Shown here: one piece after another, positions 15,240-21,288 of the stretch
Layout: every line of letters starts with the position of its first letter
Numbering within the stretch: position 1 is the stretch's first letter
Source: a virus
Virus record (IMG/VR): IMGVR_UViG_3300045988_153050
Location: 1-35,601 of that record
DNA length: 35,601 nucleotides
Direction: 5' to 3' (one strand)
Notes under the pieces: model-generated
The model's database searches: none
Told to the model about the DNA's origin: nothing
Seen by the model: only the letters and a program-made list of their open reading frames with translations
Translations under genes and position numbers: made by a program

Positions 15240-16684
15240 GTGGTTCTACCTCCTAGATGGGGGCCTAGGCAGTTCTCGATTCCCTGCATCACATACAGGG
15301 CGGTAGGGAGAGCTATGCCGTTGCCCCACATTTTGTATTCTGCGCTGTCCGTGTGCAGCTTGCTGTACCAGGCTAACATTTGCGCCCTGGTGTAGGTTTT
15401 GACTGTCTTACCGTTTATATAGGCGTGTGTATTGCGAACGCCAATCCAAAACCGATATTCTTCACCGGTAAGGTTGCTTTTCGCGTCGATGTCGCCCCAC
15501 CAATCGGGGAATCCTTGCAACCGGGCGCACTCGGTCGGAGTGAGGCGTCGCACAATGTAGCCGATACACGCAATCGGTTGCTCATGGTTGCAATTCAGGG
15601 TTGGAGAGATATTTTCCAGAATTTCTGCATTGGCCTGACCATGAGCCATGCAAATTACATGGGGTATTTCCACCACGAACGGCTGATTATTTCCGCCTGT
15701 GCCAAGTTGAGCTGGCAACATTGGGCAGACGTCAAGCGGACCACGATATCTTGAATCCTGACTATGGTTCTCGAATAGGTATTGCCTTTTGCTTCCAACG
15801 GCATCCCATACGACAGGCTGGAATAGGTACTGATCGTTCAGCGTGGATAGCGTGGCTGTTTTGTTTTTCTGAATCAAGGCACCCTTTCCGCCACCAGCGC
15901 AACCAGAACGAATTTTCAGGGTATACGGAATCACCCTGTCTGTCTCTCCATCTGTTGCTCTAGCGCTACCCGCAACATCTCCGGCAGTGGTTTCCCACGG
16001 CGTCCTGCCCTCCGTAAAATACCCTCGCAGGCCCTCGCGCTCAAATAATATTTTTCCGGCGCGTCCACCTGCAAAATCTGCGACAAGGTAGATTCTACGG
16101 CGGCGTTGGGGGACTCCCCAGTATTGAGCGTCAAGAGTTCTGTAAGCAAGGCTCCATCCGTCTCCACGGTAACAGTCCGCCCTTGCCCATCCGCCTTGCG
16201 GAACGTCAGGCATAACGGCTTCCGGTTCGACGATTTTGATAAGCTCTTCGAGGACAGATCGAAAGTCTTCGCCTTTGTTACTGCTAAAGGCTCCCGGAAC
16301 ATTCTCCCAGAGAGCAAACCTTGGATATCTCCCATTAGTTGCACACCTCATTTCCCTGATAACGCGGACAGCCTCTATAAAAAGGCCGCTCCGTGTTGTC
16401 TCTTCGTCTCCGTTGGCCTCATGCTTCAGTCCAGCGCGTTTCCCGGCGATGGACAGGTCCTGACAGGGAGAACCAAACGTGATAACATCGACAGGCTCGA
16501 TCTCTGCACCGTTTACCCGGCTGATATCGCCCAGGTGTTTCATCGTCGGGAACCGGCTCCGTGTGACGGCTATCGGATACGGCTCGACCTCGCTAGCCCA
16601 CACGGGGGCTATCCCGCACATGCTGGCGGCTAACGGAAAACCGCCTGACCCATCGAACAGGCTGCCTAGTTTTATGCTCCCCAT
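15236..16684 (-). CDS. dcm: DNA (cytosine-5) methyltransferase
   Basis: Motif I LFDGSGG, IV GSPCQDLS, VI ENVPG, VIII QRRRRIY, X GNGIALP. Confidence 0.9.
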   Translation of the reverse strand: MGSIKLGSLFDGSGGFPLAASMCGIAPVWASEVEPYPIAVTRSRFPTMKHLGDISRVNGAEIEPVDVITFGSPCQDLSIAGKRAGLKHEANGDEETTRSGLFIEAVRVIREMRCATNGRYPRFALWENVPGAFSSNKGEDFRSVLEELIKIVEPEAVMPDVPQGGWARADCYRGDGWSLAYRTLDAQYWGVPQRRRRIYLVADFAGGRAGKILFEREGLRGYFTEGRTPWETTAGDVAGSARATDGETDRVIPYTLKIRSGCAGGGKGALIQKNKTATLSTLNDQYLFQPVVWDAVGSKRQYLFENHSQDSRYRGPLDVCPMLPAQLGTGGNNQPFVVEIPHVICMAHGQANAEILENISPTLNCNHEQPIACIGYIVRRLTPTECARLQGFPDWWGDIDAKSNLTGEEYRFWIGVRNTHAYINGKTVKTYTRAQMLAWYSKLHTDSAEYKMWGNGIALPTALYVMQGIENCLGPHLGGRTT

Positions 16685-16696
16685 CTCGGCACCGCC

Positions 16697-16948
16697 TCAC
16701 GCCAACCATGCGGCCAGGAACATCCACACGCCGGACAGGGCAACGGTAGAGCTGGCCGTAACCTCCATGCGGCGGGTGGCGCGGGCCTGCTCAACGGCCC
16801 GGTGCTGTCTGGCCCGCTCTGCCTGAGCCTGGGCCTCTTTCACGGCCTGGGCCTTTGCCTTAGCGCGGGCGATATGTGCCGGGTCCGCGGCCAGCATGTC
16901 CACGAACAGGTCAAGGTCGTGGAACTGTCTAATCTGTGTTGCAGTCAT
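16697..16948 (-). CDS. Hypothetical protein with a C-terminal TM helix (83 aa)
   Basis: Start refined to MTATQIRQF (GGGAGG RBS). Coiled AKAKAQAVKEAQAQAERA segment, then a hydrophobic tail. Confidence 0.55.
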   Translation of the reverse strand: MTATQIRQFHDLDLFVDMLAADPAHIARAKAKAQAVKEAQAQAERARQHRAVEQARATRRMEVTASSTVALSGVWMFLAAWLA

Positions 16949-16962
16949 TGGTATTTCCTCCC

Positions 16963-17160
16963 TTATAATTCGGCCAGTTTCCGGGCCAGTGTGGGGACGG
17001 ACACACCCGCGCGGGGTTTGATGTCCAGGTGTACTTTTACCCACCGTCTATCGTGCCCGGTGTACCGGCAAACGTCTGTGATGGTCAGGATGCGTTTCCC
17101 GTCGAAAAACTCCAACAGGTCAGCTAGATTCTCACGGTAACCGGGTATTTCCAGTGCCAT
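16963..17160 (-). CDS. Small DNA-binding protein (excisionase/MerR-like HTH), 65 aa
   Basis: Start refined to MALEIPGY. ILTITDVCRYTGHDRRWVKVHL resembles Xis-type HTH proteins. Confidence 0.45.
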   Translation of the reverse strand: MALEIPGYRENLADLLEFFDGKRILTITDVCRYTGHDRRWVKVHLDIKPRAGVSVPTLARKLAEL

Positions 17161-17293
17161 TGTCTGCCTCCCTCCGTGCGGCCATAGCCGCGACGCCCTC
17201 AGCGTAGCCCAGCAGAAACTCTTTCTTGCTGTCGGGCAACAGCTCAAGCGCCGTAGCCAAACTCTCAGCGATTCGACGCTCAACATCTGTCAT
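17132..17293 (-). CDS. First gene of the lytic operon (Cro position), 53 aa; not in the ORF track
   Basis: Manual translation gives MTDVERRIAESLATALELLPDSKKEFLLGYAEGVAAMAARREADNGTGNTRLP. GGAGGTG RBS 6 nt upstream. Confidence 0.55.
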   Translation of the reverse strand: MTDVERRIAESLATALELLPDSKKEFLLGYAEGVAAMAARREADNGTGNTRLP

Positions 17294-17311
17294 CGTTGTT
17301 CACCTCCCCTG

Positions 17312-17415
17312 CTAACTCTGTGAGACCATAATAACACATAGGGCTAACTATGTCAACCCCAGAAACAAAATTTTTTGAAATAAAAGTTGACACAGTTAGA
17401 GAGCTGTGCTATTAT
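17312..17415. promoter_or_regulatory. Genetic switch: divergent promoters with three CTAACTnTGTnA operators
   Basis: Rightward TTGACA (17387-17392), 17 nt, TATTAT (17410-17415). Leftward TTGACA (complement of 17351-17356), 17 nt, TATTAT (complement of 17328-17333). Operators at 17312-17323, 17344-17355 and inverted at 17388-17399. Confidence 0.7.
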
Positions 17416-17446
17416 ATATGTGTACCCAAGGGAAAGGGGTGAGAGT

Positions 17447-17824
17447 TTGGAAAAACTAAGCGAACGAATAGCACAGACCCGCAAAACGAATAACCTAACG
17501 CAAGAGGCGTTCGGGGCTAGAATCGGCGGGCTATCTAGGAATTACGTCTGGATGCTGGAAAAGGGCGAACGCGTCCCAAGTGATCGAACCATTGCGGACA
17601 TTTGCCGCGAGTTCGACGTGAGCGAGGAATGGTTACGAAATGGTACCGGCCCGATGTTTGTCGAGAAGACCCGCGACGAAGAGCTAGCTGAGTTTTTCGG
17701 CCATGTGCTGGCCCGTGACGATTTCAAGCAGCGGTTACTAGCTGCGCTGTCCCGGCTGGATGAATCAGAGTGGGCCATGCTAGAGCAAGTAGCCCGGAAG
17801 CTGCTGGACGAGCTAAAAGGGTAA
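17447..17824 (+). CDS. XRE-family (CI-like) repressor, 125 aa, TTG start
   Basis: LTQEAFGARIGGLSRNYVWMLEKGERVPS is a classic XRE HTH. The ORF-track start at 17387 is itself the -35 box, so the start is moved to the TTG at 17447 after the AGGGGTGAG RBS. Confidence 0.8.
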   Translation: MEKLSERIAQTRKTNNLTQEAFGARIGGLSRNYVWMLEKGERVPSDRTIADICREFDVSEEWLRNGTGPMFVEKTRDEELAEFFGHVLARDDFKQRLLAALSRLDESEWAMLEQVARKLLDELKG

Positions 17825-17866
17825 AGAAGACACCCCGGCCCTATCACGGGGCCGGGGTGTCTTCTT
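17824..17866. terminator. 17-bp perfect hairpin between convergent genes
   Basis: AAGAAGACACCCCGGCC (17824-17840) pairs with GGCCGGGGTGTCTTCTT (17850-17866). Confidence 0.65.
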
Positions 17867-17973
17867 CACTGTGCGGACAGGCCGCGCAGGAACAGGTATA
17901 CCAGGCGTAATTGTTTACTGTTTAAGGTGCCCAGCATGTGCAAAATAGCGCGCAGGGTTTGCCTATCATCCAT
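17866..17973 (-). CDS. Possible 35-aa peptide gene (not in the ORF track)
   Basis: GGAGG RBS 6 nt before the ATG. Sequence MDDRQTLRAILHMLGTLNSKQLRLVYLFLRGLSAQ. The stop lies at the hairpin. Confidence 0.35.
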   Translation of the reverse strand: MDDRQTLRAILHMLGTLNSKQLRLVYLFLRGLSAQ

Positions 17974-18141
17974 TATTTACCTCCGTTTCCATCTTATGCG
18001 GCAAGGCCAGTATATCACTCCACACCGACAAAAGGGCGGCTTTTTTGTTGGTGTACTATGCCGAATTATTGGAGAATCAGGGGAAAAACGAACTTTTAGC
18101 AAACAAAACCTAACAATTTTGTTTATTTTAGGGGTGAGAAC

Positions 18142-19215
18142 ATGATAAAACGGAAAGACGGACGCTGGCAGGAACAAATCAAGCTCCCCGGTATGGAGAA
18201 GCCCAAATACTTTTACGGGCGGACACAGCGCGAGGTGCAACGGAAACTAGCCGCGTGGAGCGTAGAGCGAGAGCAGGAGCAGGCGCAGGCTGTACAGCTG
18301 TGTACCATCGTCGAGCAGTGGGCAGAACGGCACAGGGACGAGGTAGAGGCCACGTCATGGGGGAACTATGAACCCGCCGTGCGGGACGTGTTACAGTGGT
18401 TCCAGGGCCGGGAGATAGGGGACATATACCCGGATGAGATCACGGAGTTCTTACAGGCTATCGCGGCCCGTGGATACACCCGTTGGACAGTCCAGCGGCG
18501 GCGCGATGTACTAACTCAGACATGGGACTACGCAATCGGAAAAAGGCTAGTGCGGTACAACGTGGCCCGGCAATCCAAAATGCCCAAGGGCCTACCAGCT
18601 GGGACCAGAGAGCCGCCCACGCCTGAGCAGCTAGCGATGATCGGGGCCGGGTTCCGGCTACCGTTCGGGCTGTTCGCGGCGCTGGAAGGGTATACAGGCA
18701 TGCGCCGGGGAGAGATACTAGCCCTCCAATGGGACGATATTGACCGGGCCGCGGGAGTGATACACGTTCGGCGGGCCGTGCAGTTTATCGGTGAGGCCCC
18801 GCACACCAAGCCGCCCAAAACGGCGCAGGGAGTGCGAGACGTAGTTATTCCTGCCCCGCTGGACGCCCTGCTAGGAGACCGGAAACAGGGACTAGTATTC
18901 CCTGGCCCTACCGGGGAACTGTTACGCCTGAGCCAATTTAAGAGCGCGTGGCGGACGTGGTGCATATCGGTAGGCGTAGGTACACGGGGCCGGGGTACGG
19001 CAGTAACTACCCACCAGCTGAGGCACTTCTATGCAACCGTGCTATATGATGCAGGTGTCGGGGTAAAGGAAATGCAAACGCTGCTAGGGCACTCCGATAT
19101 ACGGACCACGATGAACATATACACCCACATCATGCTAAGCCGCAAGCAGGCTACCGCTGACAGGCTAAACAAGTATTTGTGTCAAAATCCGGTCAGCGGC
19201 GAAAAAGACGAATAA
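18142..19215 (+). CDS. int: Tyrosine recombinase (phage integrase)
   Basis: C-terminal catalytic signature: R (GMRRGE), HQLRH, LLGHSDIRTTMNIYTH. N-terminal SAM-like domain. Confidence 0.9.
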   Translation: MIKRKDGRWQEQIKLPGMEKPKYFYGRTQREVQRKLAAWSVEREQEQAQAVQLCTIVEQWAERHRDEVEATSWGNYEPAVRDVLQWFQGREIGDIYPDEITEFLQAIAARGYTRWTVQRRRDVLTQTWDYAIGKRLVRYNVARQSKMPKGLPAGTREPPTPEQLAMIGAGFRLPFGLFAALEGYTGMRRGEILALQWDDIDRAAGVIHVRRAVQFIGEAPHTKPPKTAQGVRDVVIPAPLDALLGDRKQGLVFPGPTGELLRLSQFKSAWRTWCISVGVGTRGRGTAVTTHQLRHFYATVLYDAGVGVKEMQTLLGHSDIRTTMNIYTHIMLSRKQATADRLNKYLCQNPVSGEKDE

Positions 19216-19275
19216 TATCAACGGTTCCTTCCACCTCTGGCAGGTGGGGGTAAAAATCTGATAAATGGGTACAGT

Positions 19276-19321
19276 AAATCCCGTGAAACCGTTGAACGCC
19301 AATGGTTTCACGGGATTTTTG
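19276..19321 (+). terminator. Rho-independent terminator after int
   Basis: AAATCCCGTGAAACC (19276-19290) pairs with GGTTTCACGGGATTT (19304-19318), then tt. Confidence 0.75.
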
Positions 19322-19350
19322 CGTAGGTATACGGGGATTCCGAGGTAACA

Positions 19351-19380
19351 GGTTTTAGCATATTTTAGCATGTTTTAGCT
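19351..19380. repeat. Three tandem 10-bp repeats (nnTTTTAGCa)
   Basis: ggttttagca tattttagca tgttttagct, followed by tgtcaaa repeated twice (19391-19408). One helical turn per unit. Confidence 0.7.
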
Positions 19381-19419
19381 GTTATTAGCCTGTCAAATCT
19401 CTGTCAAAGCGCACAGGAA

Positions 19420-19448
19420 ATAGTACACCTGTTTGTACAATGTGTCAA
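19420..19448 (-). promoter_or_regulatory. Strong leftward promoter inside cassette c
   Basis: On the minus strand: TTGACA (complement of 19443-19448), 17 nt, TACTAT (complement of 19420-19425). Confidence 0.6.
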
Positions 19449-19530
19449 TTGCTTTATTGTACAAACAGGTGTACAATGTAGGTACAGTAAAGGAAACGGA
19501 CAGCCCGACAGGGCGGAAAGGAAAATAACT
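19423..19530 (+). promoter_or_regulatory. Promoter, operator and leader cassette, copy c (rightward), with a perfect 19-bp inverted repeat
   Basis: GTACACCTGTTTGTACAAT (19424-19442) and ATTGTACAAACAGGTGTAC (19457-19475). TTGCTT (19449-19454), 17 nt, TACAAT (19472-19477). Conserved leader runs up to the ATG. Confidence 0.7.
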
Positions 19531-19773
19531 ATGAAAAAGAGTGCAGAGACCATGACAAGACAGGCAGAAAGAAGAGTAAGGGCCATGAGCGACAACCTAC
19601 TTCTGGCCGCTTGGGAAAGCACCGAGGACCAGAGAACCAAGGAAAGCGTTATCATTCGCGGGTGGCTGATGGATGAAATCGAGCGTCGGTATCCCGAAGC
19701 GTTTAATGCCTGGCTTGACAACGACGCCTATGATGGAGAACTGAGAGCCTACGTCAACAACAACGCAGAGTGA
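19531..19773 (+). CDS. Hypothetical protein (80 aa)
   Basis: ATG directly after the conserved leader. No recognisable motif. Confidence 0.6.
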   Translation: MKKSAETMTRQAERRVRAMSDNLLLAAWESTEDQRTKESVIIRGWLMDEIERRYPEAFNAWLDNDAYDGELRAYVNNNAE

Positions 19774-19837
19774 CGGCCCACACCGGGCCGGTAATGCGGC
19801 AGGCCGGTCACAAGCCCGGCCAGAAAGGAAAATAGCT

Positions 19838-20086
19838 ATGAAGAAGTTTGAAGGGCTGCTGAGAAGCGAGATTAAGAAGGTTGAGAAGTTCGCGCAGAAA
19901 CGCGACGGCAAGGATTCCAGACTCACCGGCTACGGCTACCATGAGACAGAGGGCGCGATTGACTTCATCACGGTCAGGTGCGAAATCTGCTCCAACGATA
20001 TGCGAGACAGAGAGCGTGACGTTACCCTTTTCGTTTACATCCCGGACCGGCGAAGATCTTTTATCTGTGCGGCACTGAGCCGGTAA
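19838..20086 (+). CDS. Hypothetical protein (82 aa)
   Basis: Preceded by a fourth, partial copy of the leader end (GAAAGGAAAATAGCT, 19823-19837). Confidence 0.6.
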   Translation: MKKFEGLLRSEIKKVEKFAQKRDGKDSRLTGYGYHETEGAIDFITVRCEICSNDMRDRERDVTLFVYIPDRRRSFICAALSR

Positions 20087-20098
20087 CAGCCCAGCAGG

Positions 20099-20165
20099 GC
20101 ACATGAAACGGGGTCGAAGGGTGGGACGAAGCACCCCATTGCAGGCGCATGAAACGGGGTCGAAG
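20099..20165 (+). repeat. Two copies of GC(A/G)CATGAAACGGGGTCGAAG, 46 nt apart
   Basis: 20099-20119 and 20145-20165 differ at one base. Confidence 0.8.
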
Positions 20166-20228
20166 ATTGGAACGATGAACAGGGACAGGAGCCGGGAACA
20201 AGCCGGGTCTGTCCCCGTTCCCTGTTTC

Positions 20229-20483
20229 CTGTTCCATTCCGGTTCCTTCCAGAATCGGGGCATCGTTCCTTTGGTGCCTTGTTCCGGTGTGTTTGTTCCC
20301 TATCGGGTCTGTCGGCAAACCGTTGGCGCTCAACGGTTTTAGCTATTACTGTACCAATAGGAACAATAGGAACAAATAAATAAATAAATAGGTAAATAGG
20401 GCATATAGTATGAATATAGACTAATATACCGCCTTATATAGGGGTTTATATAGAACCCTTGTGCCTTTTGTCCGTTTTGTTCC
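20229..20483. repeat. Dispersed (T)TGTTCC motifs in both orientations around an AT-rich block
   Basis: Direct copies at 20229, 20279, 20293 and 20477; inverted copies (GGAACAA) at 20360 and 20369. AATAGG and aaataaataaataaata tract at 20355-20400. Confidence 0.6.
20317..20341 (+). terminator. Probable terminator of the accessory operon
   Basis: AAACCGTTG (20317-20325) pairs with CAACGGTTT (20331-20339). The GC core CCGTTG/CAACGG is followed by TTTT. Confidence 0.5.
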
Positions 20484-20514
20484 ACCCGGCCCGGACTGGC
20501 CCGGAAGGTCTGGA

Positions 20515-20608
20515 CTGGACTGGTGTGAGTTGGTGTATGAGTTGGTGTATGGGCTGGTCTGGGTTGGTGTACCGGTTGGTGTATGGGATGGACTGGGTTG
20601 GTGTGTGA
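20515..20608. repeat. Iteron-like array with 12-bp period (core GTTGGTGTA)
   Basis: GAGTTGGTGTAT appears twice in perfect tandem (20527-20550), followed by gggctggtctgg, gttggtgtaccg, gttggtgtatgg, gatggactggg and ttggtgtgtga. Confidence 0.8.
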
Positions 20609-20645
20609 TGCTCCAAACTAATTCAATAGTTTGGTACATGAGATT

Positions 20646-20673
20646 TTGTTTACCGTTCACAGTATGGTATAAT
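20646..20673 (+). promoter_or_regulatory. Putative late-operon promoter with extended -10
   Basis: TTGTTT (20646-20651), 16 nt ending in TGg, TATAAT (20668-20673). About 180 nt upstream of the HNH gene. Confidence 0.5.
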
Positions 20674-20856
20674 ATACATGGGTTCCATAGTGTGCAGTCT
20701 CGTGGGATTCTTCCATTTCTATCTCCTCCATTCCTTTACCGGGGCAGGGCCGGGGGGGCCTTGCCCCACATGCGCGGCGGGGTGTAGCCCCTATGGTTGG
20801 TGCAAGTCCAGCGCCGGGCACGATGAACGGGGGAGAGGGTAAGGGTGGTGTGATCT

Positions 20857-21135
20857 ATGTTCGATTACAAGGCAAGGCGCTGGGAACGTTTACGCGCACA
20901 GGTAATGAGGCGCGACGGGTACCGGTGTCAGCTGTCCAAAAGATTTGGAAAAGCTGTGCCCGCTGATCTGGTGCATCATATCTACCCAGTGGATGAGTTT
21001 CCAGAGTATGCGTTCGAGCCGTGGAACCTGATCTCGGTTAGCCGGGCTGCTCACAACAAACTGCACGACAGGGATAGCGATAAATTAACAGCGGAAGGTG
21101 TCGCGTTAATGCGTCGGACGATTCCGCCGAAGTAA
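20857..21135 (+). CDS. HNH endonuclease (packaging-associated)
   Basis: Motifs CQLS....VHHI.P.......NL..VS...HNKLH. Located directly upstream of the terminase genes. Confidence 0.85.
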   Translation: MFDYKARRWERLRAQVMRRDGYRCQLSKRFGKAVPADLVHHIYPVDEFPEYAFEPWNLISVSRAAHNKLHDRDSDKLTAEGVALMRRTIPPK

Positions 21136-21288
21136 AAATTTTTTGCATCCCCCCCCATGCTTGTTTACGATTAACGTTTGTTGGCTCGGTGGCTTGGTGA
21201 GGTTTTTCCCATTCTGACACACTGTCAGAAACCGGTATGACCCTTTTTGCTCGTTTTTAGGGCAAAACTGAACTTTTAGGAGCTAGAA
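21136..21288. other. Candidate cos region between HNH and terS
   Basis: Non-coding. GCAT-C7-ATGC at 21145-21159 and the palindrome TTCTGACA-cac-TGTCAGAA at 21212-21230. In HK97-like cos phages the cos site lies between the HNH and terS genes. Confidence 0.35.

Noticed and set aside
19165-19371. 68-codon minus-strand ORF overlapping the int 3' end and terminator
   Set aside because: It has no RBS, spans a terminator hairpin, and overlaps the integrase coding region in antisense.
19351-19380. GTTTTAGC units as type II CRISPR repeat or tracrRNA anti-repeat fragments
   Set aside because: The similarity is limited to GTTTTAG. The units are 10-bp tandem repeats without spacers, which fits protein-binding (arm-type) sites better.
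20099-20165. The two 21-nt direct repeats as a mini CRISPR array
   Set aside because: There are only two copies, the intervening segment is about 25 nt and forms its own hairpin, and the repeat has no repeat-like internal palindrome. They are kept as an unexplained repeat but not called CRISPR.
20103-20342. 79-codon ORF (MKRGRRVGRS...) in the non-coding tail of the accessory operon
   Set aside because: It has no convincing RBS and an odd composition. Its start lies in a duplicated 21-mer whose second copy gives only a 9-codon frame. It cannot be fully excluded without comparative data.
20200-20380. GAAC/GTTC-rich stretch as LexA (Cheo-box) SOS operators
   Set aside because: No GAAC-N4-GTTC arrangement is present; only dispersed TGTTCC motifs occur.
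20421-20787. ORFs 20461-20787 (+) and 20421-20660 (-) with repetitive peptides (VYELVYGLVWVGV, TNSYTNS)
   Set aside because: The repetitive peptide sequence is simply the translation of the 12-bp iteron array. The ORFs also run across the predicted late promoter.
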